A stretch of 64,000 bases of DNA. Origin: Polyangiaceae bacterium (GTDB taxonomy: Bacteria; Myxococcota_A; Polyangia; Polyangiales; Polyangiaceae). The stretch is from contig JBNKBE010000013.1 of NCBI GenBank assembly GCA_050287085.1, positions 64,001-128,000 on the forward strand, given 5' to 3'. Positions 10,142 to 20,223 of the stretch are shown here, piece after piece; positions within the stretch are counted from its first letter, which is position 1; each line of letters starts with the position of its first letter. Under the pieces are notes generated by a model. It ran no database searches and was not told the DNA's origin. It saw nothing but the letters and a program-made list of their open reading frames with translations. Made by a program: the position numbers and the translations under genes.

Positions 10142-10209
10142 GCTACTCTCTACGCACCGGCCGCGGGCCAGGTTTCAGTCTAGCGCGGCGGCCCGGAGCC
10201 GAATACCAG

Positions 10210-10797
10210 ATGACCCAACAACTGCACGCAAGCGCGCTCGGGGCCGTGGCAGCCCACCTACGGCCGCCCCCCGACCATTCGGGGCGCCCTTGGATCGTCG
10301 CTCTGGACGGCCCGAGCGGAGCGGGAAAGTCTACCCTTGCGGCCCAGCTCGAAGCCAAGTTGAACGCCACGCGCATCGAAGGCGACGACTTCTTCGCCGG
10401 CGGTGTCCAAGTGCGCCGCGACTCACCCGCAGAGCGCGCCCGCGACTGCATCGATTGGCGGCGCCAGCGTCCGGTGCTTCAAGCGCTGTTGGAAGGGAGG
10501 CCCGCCCAATACCTTGGCTTCGACTGGGATGCCTTCGACGGACGCTTGCGCTCCCTGGCGACCCGGGTCGTTCCTAGTGCGCTCATCCTACTGGAAGGCG
10601 TCTATTCCGCACGTCCTGAACTCTCCGATCTGCTCGACCTCCGAGTGCTTGTCGACACGCCACGCGCCCTTCGCCTGACGCGACTGGAGGCGCGCGAAGG
10701 CCACCTGAGCGCGTGGGAAAAACAATGGCATGAAGCCGAAGACTGGTACTTCGAGCAGCTAGCGGCCCATTGGTTTCAGGTGGTGATCCATACCTAG
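10210..10797 (+). CDS. Uridine kinase-like P-loop kinase
   Basis: IVALDGPSGAGKST Walker A, DDF, ILLEGVYS, DLRVLVD. Confidence 0.85.
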   Translation: MTQQLHASALGAVAAHLRPPPDHSGRPWIVALDGPSGAGKSTLAAQLEAKLNATRIEGDDFFAGGVQVRRDSPAERARDCIDWRRQRPVLQALLEGRPAQYLGFDWDAFDGRLRSLATRVVPSALILLEGVYSARPELSDLLDLRVLVDTPRALRLTRLEAREGHLSAWEKQWHEAEDWYFEQLAAHWFQVVIHT

Positions 10798-10924
10798 ACG
10801 CTGTGTTGTCGTCAGCAGACGAGGCTCTCTCCCCTCCTTGACAAGAGCCCCCAGGCCACCTCGCCGGCCATATACCTTCGGATGAAGGCGCATTGGAATG
10901 CGAGCGTGGTAGAGCGGCCTCAAC

Positions 10925-11659
10925 ATGCAGTTCAAGAGCGAGTTGATCGAGGGGCGACTGCTTCGCCGCTACAAGCGCTTCTTCGCGGACGTAGAGCTAA
11001 CAAGCGGAGAGGTGGTCGTGGCACACTGCCCCAACACCGGCTCCATGAAGACCTGCATCGAGCCGGAAGCGCGCGCATGGCTCACCCGTGCACGCCCGGG
11101 CCGCAAGCTTGCCTACACGTGGGAGGTCGCCGAGATCGGCGACACGCGCATCTATGTTAACCCAGTGGGTGCAAACGCCTTGGTAGCCGAGGCCATCACG
11201 GACGGGAGTATCCCGGAACTCGCTGGCTATACCCAGCTGCGCCGCGAGGTCCGCTACGGAGATCGCAGTAGGATCGACATTCTCTTGGAGGGCCCCCCCG
11301 ACTCAAATCGCCCGCCCTGCTATGTCGAAGTCAAGAATGTAACGCTGCGCGTTGGTGCGGGTTGCTCGGCTTTTCCCGACGCGGTCACCGAGCGCGGGCG
11401 CAAGCATCTGGCGGAACTCACACGGGTGGTGAGTTCCGGGGCGCGTGCAGTGATGTTCTATTGCATCAGCCGAACCGACTGTGACAGCTTCACTTCGGCG
11501 GATGATATCGACCCCGCCTACGGAGCAGCATTGCGCACCGCCCTGGAGAGCGGAGTGGAGGTCCTCGCCTACGGAGTTGCTATCGAAACAGCCGGAATTC
11601 GGCTTCGCAATCCAGTCGAGTTCCGAGCCCGCTCCGGGGCCCCGATTCGTCGCTCCTAA
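10925..11659 (+). CDS. sfsA: DNA/RNA nuclease SfsA
   Basis: RRYKRFFADV, AHCPNTGSM, SRIDILL, YVEVKNVT, FPDAVTERGRKHL. Confidence 0.95.
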   Translation: MQFKSELIEGRLLRRYKRFFADVELTSGEVVVAHCPNTGSMKTCIEPEARAWLTRARPGRKLAYTWEVAEIGDTRIYVNPVGANALVAEAITDGSIPELAGYTQLRREVRYGDRSRIDILLEGPPDSNRPPCYVEVKNVTLRVGAGCSAFPDAVTERGRKHLAELTRVVSSGARAVMFYCISRTDCDSFTSADDIDPAYGAALRTALESGVEVLAYGVAIETAGIRLRNPVEFRARSGAPIRRS

Positions 11660-11851
11660 AATCTTCCCTCCTCCGCCAGAAATACATCGATTCCCAGCTC
11701 TGCGGAGCTGGCCCGCTGGCAGGGGCGACGCGATACCCCCACCGCAGACTTGTTCGTCCAGACGCGACGCGATTAACATCGCCGCGGGAGGTCTCTCGGC
11801 GCAGCCGAGCCACGCCTCATCGAAAAACAATTCGGAAAGGGACCATAACGA

Positions 11852-12046
11852 ATGAATACCAGGCTTTCTATCGCCGGCTTGCTGCTCGTCACCGTAGGTG
11901 CGGCCACGGGCTGCGGCGCCCGGATGGCGGCCGTCTCACACGAGAAATCCGCCTACGTTGTGCGCAATACCATGCTGGGGACGGACATGTACCACTGCTC
12001 GGCAGACGGCTCGAAGCCCGTCTGCAAGAAGGTCACAGAGAAGTGA
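11852..12046 (+). CDS. Small lipoprotein (64 aa), paralog of the next gene
   Basis: Signal peptide with lipobox ATGC. Carries LGTDMYHC-x8-C, shared in form with the downstream ORF. Confidence 0.75.
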   Translation: MNTRLSIAGLLLVTVGAATGCGARMAAVSHEKSAYVVRNTMLGTDMYHCSADGSKPVCKKVTEK

Positions 12047-12084
12047 ACACCGGTCCACAGCCACAGCATTTGAGGAGAAACGAT

Positions 12085-12297
12085 ATGAAGATGCTTATCA
12101 AAGTACTCGTCCTTGCAAGCCTTGCCGGCGTCGCCCCAGGCTGCGCTTTTGTCACCAGCGCTAATCCCGGGCTGACTACGGCCACCGGCGACACGTGGTA
12201 CACAAAAGACAAGATGTTCATCATACATCTCGGAACCGATGTCTATTATTGTCCTAAAGATGGAGACGTCTGCTACCTGGCTGACATCATCGAGTGA
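12085..12297 (+). CDS. Small lipoprotein (70 aa)
   Basis: GAGGAG RBS before ATG 12085, lipobox-like APGC, and LGTDVYYC-x6-C motif. Confidence 0.75.
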   Translation: MKMLIKVLVLASLAGVAPGCAFVTSANPGLTTATGDTWYTKDKMFIIHLGTDVYYCPKDGDVCYLADIIE

Positions 12298-12312
12298 ACT
12301 GTGGGGTTCAGA

Positions 12313-12340
12313 CGTCGAGCTTGATACCTCGAGCTCGACG
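12313..12340 (+). terminator. Stem-loop downstream of the mini-lipoprotein pair (terminator or mRNA stabiliser)
   Basis: CGTCGAGCTTGA-TACC-TCGAGCTCGACG forms a 12-bp stem with one G-U pair. No U-tract. Confidence 0.45.
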
Positions 12341-12462
12341 CTCCCGATTCTACCGTCCGAGGCTCAAAGACGCGACGAGCGGTCGTTCAAGGCCTTGAGC
12401 ACGGCCTCCGTACCGCCATCCCAGCCACTCTACCCCTTCCATCCCGGATCTCGATTGCCATC

Positions 12463-13446
12463 ATGACCTTTCTTGCTTTCCACCGAAATGTGAACACTCC
12501 CCGATTGGCTCTCCGACAAGAACGCAGAAGTCGCGCTGCGGTCTTCTGGACTGCTGGATGCTTGGCGATCGGGCTGTCTGCCACAGCACGGGCACAGCCG
12601 CAGTCACAAGGGCAGACGCAGACGCAGGAGTCCACAGACGGAGCAAGGCCGGCAGCCGATGCGGCCTCCGGTACCCCCCCCTCAGCCGCTCAACCGGCGC
12701 CGACAGCCCCTGCGCCAAGCTGCCAGCCTGGACTCGTGACGACCGCCAGCGGGGAATGTGTGGCAGTATCACAATGCCCGGAGGGTCTCGCGAAGACGAA
12801 CGATGGGCGCTGTGTTGCCCTCGCCATCGCTGCGGCGGCGCCTCCCCCGCTTGCGGCGCCGAAGCAGACTCAAGAAGCGGGCCCCAACAGCTCCGCGTCC
12901 AACGCGGACGCCTCCGGATTTGAACCCCGACGCGATGAACCCTGGCTTGGGGGCGCTCGAGTCGCGCCGTTTGCAGGGCTTGGGGCGTCCGGGATGGCCA
13001 TGCGTAATAACGATGCTCCCACCGGCAACCTTGCCGTCGGTGGGTTCCCCTCCCTGAGCGCTGGACTGTCCCTGCGCCACTTCGCCGCAACGGTATCGGG
13101 CATGAACCTCGATCTGATCGGCAACTTCTCGGCTGAGTTCAACTACGCTGGCCAGGGCCGTGCAGGAGGCGTCTTAGGTGCGGGCATCGCAGAGATAATG
13201 CTCGCGGTGGCCCCGCGCTCCACGCCAATAAGCCTCGGCGCCGGACTTCACACCGGAGTCGGCGGCCTCAAGCAAGACGGGAGGAGCGCGGCGGGTCTTC
13301 TGCTGGGCGTCGGACTAGAAGCCCTATTGCACTTCGGTGAGCAGCGAAACTATGGCGTGGGACTGCGCCTGCGTGGAGGAGGCTTCACTAGGGACGATGC
13401 CGGCGGCTATACCGCTTGGCACTTGCTCTTCGAATGTGGTCTGTAA
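12463..13446 (+). CDS. Secreted hypothetical protein, Pro/Cys-rich N-terminus and probable C-terminal outer-membrane beta-barrel
   Basis: Signal peptide (ARA-Q), two short CxxGL...GxCVA repeats, and alternating Gly/hydrophobic beta-strands in the C-terminal half. Confidence 0.6.
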   Translation: MTFLAFHRNVNTPRLALRQERRSRAAVFWTAGCLAIGLSATARAQPQSQGQTQTQESTDGARPAADAASGTPPSAAQPAPTAPAPSCQPGLVTTASGECVAVSQCPEGLAKTNDGRCVALAIAAAAPPPLAAPKQTQEAGPNSSASNADASGFEPRRDEPWLGGARVAPFAGLGASGMAMRNNDAPTGNLAVGGFPSLSAGLSLRHFAATVSGMNLDLIGNFSAEFNYAGQGRAGGVLGAGIAEIMLAVAPRSTPISLGAGLHTGVGGLKQDGRSAAGLLLGVGLEALLHFGEQRNYGVGLRLRGGGFTRDDAGGYTAWHLLFECGL

Positions 13447-13534
13447 GCCACCAGCCCACCCCCTCACACAACCCTCCGCCACCTGTTGTAATGCCTATGG
13501 CCAGGCGCCTCGGCAGAGCGTACCATGCCGAGCG

Positions 13535-14626
13535 ATGGGTGATCCGGAAAGCTTCCAAGACGAGGACGACGAGGGGCCGATCTCCGCGCCCCCTTCCACG
13601 GTCTCACCGCGGGCTTTTCGTATCGAACCACTGGTAACCAGTTCAACTCCCCCTCCTGCGAGTCACGCCACCGCACTGGCGCTGACAGATCTCCTGTTGG
13701 CGGCCGCTCACTGCGACGGGGCGCTGTGCAAGCGCGAGCACTACGCCATCGAGAAACTGATGGCGCAGTTTCTCGAGAGCGAAAGCGCTCCACCTTGGAT
13801 CCGCTCACGCATCGAGCGCTTCGATCCCGCGCGCTTCAATCTGGAAAGAACCGCTCAGGCCCTAGCCATACTGCCGGCGGAGCAACGCCGCTACGTCCTC
13901 GAGCTAGCACGCCGCGTCTGCGATACCGACAACGCTTACGACCTCGAAGAAGAGCGCTTCATCATGGCCCTTACGTTGGCATTGCGCCTCGGCGGCGACA
14001 AGGCGGCGGATCTGATGGTTGTGCCGGCAGCTTCCATCCACGGCGCCCCCAAGCGAGCGTTCGACATTCTGTTCTCGCTCACCTTTCTGCTCCTGGCATG
14101 GCCCCTATTGTTAGTCTTGGCCCTGCTGATCAAGGTTACCTCTCCGGGCCCGGCATTGTTCATCCAGACGCGCTATGGCGCCGACGGCAAGGACATCCAG
14201 GTTTGGAAATTTCGCACCATGACCGTCACCGAGCAGGGCAGCGCAGTACGCCAGGCCACCCGTAACGATCCAAGGATCACCCGATTGGGAGCGTTTCTGC
14301 GGCGCACGTCGCTGGATGAACTGCCGCAGTTTGTAAACGTTCTGCTCGGCGACATGTCGGTGGTGGGGCCGCGTCCTCATGCCCCGGCCCACAACGACTA
14401 CTACCGCACCCAAATCCTCGAGTACACCCTGCGCCACAAGGTGAAGCCGGGGATCACGGGCTTGGCCCAGGTGCGGGGCTGGCGCGGCGAAACGGACACC
14501 CTCGACAAGATGGTCAATCGCGTGGCCAGCGATCTGGAGTACATTCGCAGCCAGAGCCTGCTGCTGGACATCAAGATCATATGGCTGACGGTGTTCGGTA
14601 GCTCGGCGCGAAGCAACGCGTACTAG
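13535..14626 (+). CDS. TerB-like domain fused to bacterial sugar transferase (WcaJ-type phosphoglycosyl transferase core)
   Basis: C-terminal half has KRAFD, KFRTM, DPRIT, RRTSLDELPQF, GDMSVVGPRP and KPGITGLAQV. N-terminal half has AAHCDG...RE and CDTDNAYDLEE TerB-type motifs. Confidence 0.85.
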   Translation: MGDPESFQDEDDEGPISAPPSTVSPRAFRIEPLVTSSTPPPASHATALALTDLLLAAAHCDGALCKREHYAIEKLMAQFLESESAPPWIRSRIERFDPARFNLERTAQALAILPAEQRRYVLELARRVCDTDNAYDLEEERFIMALTLALRLGGDKAADLMVVPAASIHGAPKRAFDILFSLTFLLLAWPLLLVLALLIKVTSPGPALFIQTRYGADGKDIQVWKFRTMTVTEQGSAVRQATRNDPRITRLGAFLRRTSLDELPQFVNVLLGDMSVVGPRPHAPAHNDYYRTQILEYTLRHKVKPGITGLAQVRGWRGETDTLDKMVNRVASDLEYIRSQSLLLDIKIIWLTVFGSSARSNAY

Positions 14627-14710
14627 ACAAGCCTCAACAGCCCGCGGTGGCTTGGCTAAGAGAGCTGCTAGGCGGCGTGTGCCACGCCCTCAACGCCCAA
14701 GCGCACGGCC

Positions 14711-15916
14711 CTATTGCTCTGCGGCGGATTGTGCCCGGCGGCGTACCTGGTGCGACGAGCTCGGTGCCTGGCGCGAGGCGCTCGGCGGGGCGCTCGGCGC
14801 GGCGCGCACTTCGGACCGAGGCCTGAGCGCCGCTGTAACGCTTACAACCGAGCCGCGAGTGGCGTCACGCCCCTGCGGAACCCCCGCAGACCCTCGGCCG
14901 CGCAGCAACGCCCGGGCGCCTCGGGCCGTCCCACGCGGCGGTCCCCCGAGCCACCGCTGCTCGAGCTCCAGAAACGAGGCCTCCCGCCCCGAACGGCGCG
15001 CAAGTTCAAGCAGTAGATCGCTGCGATAGGAGCTCAGGAGCAACCCGCAAAGCGCTCCTAGCCCAAGCGCTAGACGCCGCGGCCAAGGTCGACGCGAAAG
15101 CAAGCTCTGCGCCGCCACGGGCGACGCGCCGGCTGCCTCCGGCTGGGACGGCTGAGCCATCGGCGACCCCGCCGCGATAGTCGCACGCGGCAGCGCCACC
15201 ACCTCGGAGGAGTGGGGCAACGCCGGATAGGTTCCCGAGGCGGCAACACCGGTCACGGTCCGCGACTCGGGTCCGAGCGGCGCGCCCGTCGGAGGCGACG
15301 CCCCGATGGGTGATGAAGTCCCAGCCGAAGCCACTGTCCGCACCAAAGGCACAGGCAAAGTCTCCATGGCAAGGCGAGGGGGCAACAGCGTTGGCTCTCG
15401 CGCGGGCGTCGTCGCTGGGCGCCCCGCGGGCGGCGAACTCGGGCTCCGGGCGCGTGTCTGCCGCAAACTGGACGGGGCACTCGAAGGGGGGGCGAGCTTC
15501 ACGCGCGGCTGAAACTTCGCTGGCGCGTCCGCCATTTCCCCGCGACGCGGCGTCCCGCGATTCGGAGGTTTGGAACGCCGGGGCGGCGGAGGAGGCGCGG
15601 AGCGAGGCCCGCGCTTGGACGGCGCTGACGTGTCCGCCCCCTGATCGACGGCCGGGGTCGCTGCATCAAGCCCGGCCACCGCGGCAAGGGTCTGCCAGCG
15701 AAGCATGCCGTGGGTCCAAACCAGGGTTTCCTCGTCTACCACCCCAAGCTGATAACAGTCGTCCAATTCCTCCAACGTTAACCTACGAACGTTGTCCGGC
15801 GCAAAGAGCACGTGATACGTCTCTTCCGCACTGCTTTCCGCCGGTCTGGGGGCATATGCTGAGGCCCCCGTCGTACCCGCGGGTCCGGCGTGAGGGCGAA
15901 CCTGACTTGGAGACAT
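14711..15916 (-). CDS. GYF_2 (DUF4339) domain protein with Pro-rich linker and TM segment
   Basis: DEETLVWTHGMLRWQTL matches the GYF_2 signature. Long Pro/Ser/Ala region and a hydrophobic helix follow. Confidence 0.7.
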   Translation of the reverse strand: MSPSQVRPHAGPAGTTGASAYAPRPAESSAEETYHVLFAPDNVRRLTLEELDDCYQLGVVDEETLVWTHGMLRWQTLAAVAGLDAATPAVDQGADTSAPSKRGPRSAPPPPPRRSKPPNRGTPRRGEMADAPAKFQPRVKLAPPSSAPSSLRQTRARSPSSPPAGRPATTPAREPTLLPPRLAMETLPVPLVRTVASAGTSSPIGASPPTGAPLGPESRTVTGVAASGTYPALPHSSEVVALPRATIAAGSPMAQPSQPEAAGASPVAAQSLLSRRPWPRRLALGLGALCGLLLSSYRSDLLLELARRSGREASFLELEQRWLGGPPRGTARGARALLRGRGSAGVPQGRDATRGSVVSVTAALRPRSEVRAAPSAPPSASRQAPSSSHQVRRRAQSAAEQ

Positions 15917-16371
15917 TGTAGAATCTGTGAAGTAGAATCTGCGAACCCGAGAGCGTGGACGCAACAAGCACCAGCGGCGCCAATTATGACTCTGCCGCTC
16001 GCTAAAAGGTGAAAAAATGGCGGCCCCATAGCGGGAGCGAACACGTGACCGCTATCGTCGGCTGGAAAGCCTGACGCCGCCTCCTTCTGGACCGGTCGCT
16101 AACAGGGGGCCTTGAATATCCACAAGGCTGGCATAGCTGCGCAGAGTGAGCGCAGCCTTGGCGCGCCGCCCGGAATGAATGGGCGCAAAAGGAAACCTGC
16201 GGCGACCGAACGCGCCCAAACTCACCAATTCGGTGTACGGTCTGACCCTGGAGAAGGCGCCGTGGAGCGTTGCTGCGCTGCAATCCATCGACTCGGAGCA
16301 CCACACATGCCAGATGCTTCGACTTCCCAACGACAGTTCCAGGTTCCATGATTGAAGCAAAATTGTCACCC

Positions 16372-17091
16372 ATGGCCCCTTCTGACGCCGCTTGGCGGCC
16401 CTCCCGTGGGTGGTATTCTGTAGCTACTTGGCTTCTCCTCGTTGCAGTAGCCACGCTCGGCCTTGGCTTCTACTGGCCACTGCATAAGGCCTACGACCTG
16501 CTGGCGACTGAACTCAACGCCGAGCAGCGGGCCAACGACCAACTATCCCAGTCTCACAGGGACGTTGAAGCGCGCCTGGCGAAGGTGGAAAGTGAGCGAG
16601 AGCACTTGCAGGAGTTCAAGGCTGCTCTGGAACGCGCACGTCAACGCTACGCGGAGATGCCAGCACAACTGCGTGAGCTAGCCCAGGAGCCGCTGCGCTC
16701 CGAACTGGAAAGCGGCAGCCTACAACCTGAAGCGACGCGAAGGGGGCTCAGAGTATCCTTTGCCGACCGAAGACTGCTGACGCCAACCGGGAGTGAACTA
16801 GCGTGGCGTGGGCGTCGTCTTCTCTGTCCGCTGGTGGTTGCCGGAAGGGCCCTCGGCGCGACCCAAATCGTTGTCCGCGCCGGTCTCGCAACGAATGGGA
16901 AACGTCCCGCGGCGACCTCGGCGTGGAGAAAGGCGACAAGACGGGCGACGGCGGTCGCGGCGCTTCTGCCCAAATTGTGTGATCTTTCGGGAAGCTCGGT
17001 ATCCGTAGCCGCTGCACCTAGTGCGGAAAGTGCACCGCTGCTTCAGTTGGAGCTGTACAGCCCGAACGAACTCACGGAACCCAGCCAATAG
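16372..17091 (+). CDS. MotB/OmpA-like membrane protein (degenerate peptidoglycan-binding domain)
   Basis: N-terminal TM, coiled coil, GLRVSF and SAWRKATRRATAV (resembles NWELSxxRA). Start at 16348 or 16372. Confidence 0.55.
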   Translation: MAPSDAAWRPSRGWYSVATWLLLVAVATLGLGFYWPLHKAYDLLATELNAEQRANDQLSQSHRDVEARLAKVESEREHLQEFKAALERARQRYAEMPAQLRELAQEPLRSELESGSLQPEATRRGLRVSFADRRLLTPTGSELAWRGRRLLCPLVVAGRALGATQIVVRAGLATNGKRPAATSAWRKATRRATAVAALLPKLCDLSGSSVSVAAAPSAESAPLLQLELYSPNELTEPSQ

Positions 17092-17316
17092 CATTGTCTG
17101 GCCCGGCGCCGAGGCTGGCAGTGCCCGCGCCGACTGCACCGCGCCGACTGCCACCGCGGGTGTCCGTCTACTTTCCGACCCGCCGCCCTGGCAAAGAAGG
17201 AAGCGCGCGAGCGTCGCTCCCGGCTAGGGATGGTGCTAGCCACAGCGTGTGGGCGTATTCGTCGGCCAGGTTGGGGGCGTAATGGGAATGTCGCCTGACG
17301 TGCGGAGGGGGTCATC

Positions 17317-19404
17317 ATGAGCCAAGCTCCACACGACGAAGCAACATCAGGTCGAGCAGCGTCGCCCGCTCCCCGCACTCGCTTGCGCGCCCGCCCCTGC
17401 ACCCGAGCAAGCGGCATGTTGCTAGGTGCGGCGCTCTTGCCGCTGGGCCTCATCGATGAGCTCCACGGTGCATTCTGGGAAGCCGGTGCGGTGTGGCAAC
17501 TATCGGCACTGGCGCTCTCGGCTCTCATGTTGCTTTCCGGAGCGCTCATACACCGTCGCCCTCGAGGTGGACGTATCGGCGCCTCCGCAAGCGTACTCGG
17601 GCTCCTATTGCTGGAAGTGCCGGGTCTAGCGACCGCGCCGTCCGCGACCCTCGTCTGGCTCCTGGCTGCTGCAACGGCCCTTGCCCTGTTGTGGGATGTG
17701 GATGCCACCTGGCGTCGAGTTCGGGTCTCGCGCCGTCCGCTCTGTCGCGGCCAAGCCCAGGGCGCGTCCTTCGTATTCTTGATAGCGTGGCTGCAATGGT
17801 CTCTGGACGCCCGGCCCGGCGCATGGGTCCAGGAGGCGTCGATTGGTTGGTCCTTGCTATGGACGCTCGGATTGGGGGTCGAAAGCGCGTTGCGGGTTCG
17901 AGCAACGCAAACGGCACGCGCCCACTGGATCCTGGGCGCCACGCTGCTCACCGCCCTCGCCGGTCTAGCGCTCGACCGCTCCTACTTCTGGATCGCCAGC
18001 GCCATCACGGGCTTGGTCATCGCCGTGGCGGTTCACTCCCGAAGCGCGTTGCGCCGCAGCGTAGGTCATAGCGAATGGTGGGAGTCCCTGCTCGGACATC
18101 CAGAGCGCTTGTTTGTAGGCACTTTTGCCGCCCTCTGCGGGCTCGGTACAGTGCTGCTCGCTCTGCCCCAGAGCTCGGCTACGGGCGAGCGCATTCCCTT
18201 CGCAGACGCCGCATTCACCGCGGCGAGCGCCGTATGCGTTACCGGCCTCGCCGTCCAGGACACCCCCGTTGCGTTCAGCGGACTTGGGCAGGCCATACTC
18301 CTGCTGCTCATCCAAGTCGGTGGCCTTGGCATCATGACGTTCTCAACGGCCGCCCTGTGGGCGCTCGGACGGCGCATGAGCCTGCGCTACGAGGGCGCCA
18401 TGGCTAGCTTGCTCAGCACTCGTGACCGGGGGCAGCTCTACCACACTGCGCGCAACATCCTGGGCTTGACCGCCATCACGGAAGCGGCGGGCGCATTGGC
18501 GCTGAGCGGTGCTTTTCTAGCCCAGGGTGATTCGCTCGGCACCGCGCTTTGGCGAGGGACCTTCACGTCGATCTCCGCATTTTGCAACGCTGGATTCGCT
18601 CTGCAAAGCGACAGCCTCGTCGGCTACCAGAACTCACCTCTCATCCTCCACACCGTCGCCGTGCTCATCATGCTGGGAGGCCTCTCGCCCGTGGTGGTCT
18701 TCGCGCTACCCGGCCTGCTCCGTCGTTCACCCTCGCCGGCCCCGGCGCAAGTGTACCTGGCTCTCACCGCTACAGGCGCGTTGTTGCTTTCGGGCTTTGG
18801 CGCCTATCTAGCCTTCGAGTGGCAAGCTTCCCTCGCATCGCTGTCCTTCTGGGACAAGCTGCACAACGCGTGGTTTCAGTCGGTCACCTTGCGAACCGCT
18901 GGCTTCAATTCCGTGGACCTGACGGCCACACGCCCCGCCACTCTGACCCTCATGCTGATCTGGATGTTCATTGGAGGTAATGCAGGCGGCACTGCTGGTG
19001 GCGTCAAGACGAGTACCGTCGGTGTCCTGCTCCTGTCGGCCATCAGCGCGATCCGCGGCCGCTGGACGCTTGAACTATTTGGGAAGAGAATCGCGGATCG
19101 CACGCGTGCGAAAGCCGCCACTACCGTCACCATCGCGCTCCTGGGCGCTTTTGTTGCGTTGCTGGCGGTGCAGCTCACACAAAACATGCCGACTAAACTC
19201 GCCGTATTCGAGGTCATCTCAGCGCTCGGCACGGTAGGTTTGACCATCGGCGGGACGGCGCGGCTCGATAGTGTTGGCAAGATGGTCATCACCGCTTGCA
19301 TGTTTGTTGGACGCGTGGGTGGCGTCACCTTGCTTATGTTCCTCAGCAGTCGACGCCCGACGCCACCTTTGGGACGTCCAGAAGAAGAGGTCGACGTCGG
19401 CTGA
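17317..19404 (+). CDS. TrkH/KtrB family potassium uptake membrane protein with N-terminal TM extension
   Basis: Pore-loop motifs SAVCVTGL, SAFCNAGF, LRTAGF and SALGTVGL, plus GGTAGGVK and MFVGRVG. Confidence 0.93.
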   Translation: MSQAPHDEATSGRAASPAPRTRLRARPCTRASGMLLGAALLPLGLIDELHGAFWEAGAVWQLSALALSALMLLSGALIHRRPRGGRIGASASVLGLLLLEVPGLATAPSATLVWLLAAATALALLWDVDATWRRVRVSRRPLCRGQAQGASFVFLIAWLQWSLDARPGAWVQEASIGWSLLWTLGLGVESALRVRATQTARAHWILGATLLTALAGLALDRSYFWIASAITGLVIAVAVHSRSALRRSVGHSEWWESLLGHPERLFVGTFAALCGLGTVLLALPQSSATGERIPFADAAFTAASAVCVTGLAVQDTPVAFSGLGQAILLLLIQVGGLGIMTFSTAALWALGRRMSLRYEGAMASLLSTRDRGQLYHTARNILGLTAITEAAGALALSGAFLAQGDSLGTALWRGTFTSISAFCNAGFALQSDSLVGYQNSPLILHTVAVLIMLGGLSPVVVFALPGLLRRSPSPAPAQVYLALTATGALLLSGFGAYLAFEWQASLASLSFWDKLHNAWFQSVTLRTAGFNSVDLTATRPATLTLMLIWMFIGGNAGGTAGGVKTSTVGVLLLSAISAIRGRWTLELFGKRIADRTRAKAATTVTIALLGAFVALLAVQLTQNMPTKLAVFEVISALGTVGLTIGGTARLDSVGKMVITACMFVGRVGGVTLLMFLSSRRPTPPLGRPEEEVDVG

Positions 19405-19440
19405 GCCTCGGCCCTTCGCCGCTTAAACTTGGATCACGCT

Positions 19441-20097
19441 ATGAATCGTCAAGCACTCATCATCGGTCTCGGGCAATTTGGCATGGCAGTCGCTCGCGCT
19501 TTGGCGAACCGCAACGTCGAAGTCCTCGCCGTCGACTGCCGTGAGGAGCGCGTACGCGCAGCTTCCGCCTTCGTAACGGAGGCGGCAACACTCGACGCCA
19601 CGGACGACGCGTTGCTCGCTCGCACCTTTCCTGAAAGGCGAGACGTCTGCCTCTGTGCCATCGGAGATGAAGCCAAAGAAGCCTCGATCATCTGCACGGC
19701 CCTGCTCAAGCAGATGGGAGCGCCGCGTGTCATCGCCCGCTCCAACGACGATCTACACGCAAGGATCCTCACCCTTGTCGGCGCCGACCACGTGGTCAAT
19801 CCGGAGCGTGAATATGGGGATCGCTTCGCAAATCAGATTCTTCACCAGGGTATCCGGGGCGAAATGCTGCTTGGAGAAGGCGTGCTGATCACCGAGATCG
19901 CCACGCCCCGACAATTCGTGGGCCAGACCTTGTCGACCTTGCGCTTGCCCAATCGCTACGGAGTTACCGTGGTGGCAATTCGACGCGGAAAGTCAGGCGC
20001 CGTGGTCATGCCCTCCCCGGATACGCGACTCGAAAGCGACGACGTCATGGTTGTCGTCGCCCAGGAGAGAGCCGTGGCACAAATGCTGGAGGCCTAG
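19441..20097 (+). CDS. TrkA/KtrA family RCK regulatory subunit
   Basis: IIGLGQFG Rossmann motif, GADHVVNPE, and TrkA_C (YGVTVVAIRR). Confidence 0.93.
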   Translation: MNRQALIIGLGQFGMAVARALANRNVEVLAVDCREERVRAASAFVTEAATLDATDDALLARTFPERRDVCLCAIGDEAKEASIICTALLKQMGAPRVIARSNDDLHARILTLVGADHVVNPEREYGDRFANQILHQGIRGEMLLGEGVLITEIATPRQFVGQTLSTLRLPNRYGVTVVAIRRGKSGAVVMPSPDTRLESDDVMVVVAQERAVAQMLEA

Positions 20098-20223
20098 GGC
20101 AGCCGTGGGGTCCGGTCCAAACCCACGGCCACACCTGCGCATAGGAGCCGTTTCGAACCGCCGGTCCCGACCTATCGCCGAAAAACCAACCGAGAACTGC
20201 GCCCCCTGATTTAGAGTCGACGC

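Noticed and set aside
15968..16347. Riboswitch in the intergenic region (hairpin CGTCGGCT-GGAA-AGCCTGACG)
   Set aside because: No match to riboswitch consensus sequences that I can recognise by eye; an Rfam scan would be needed.
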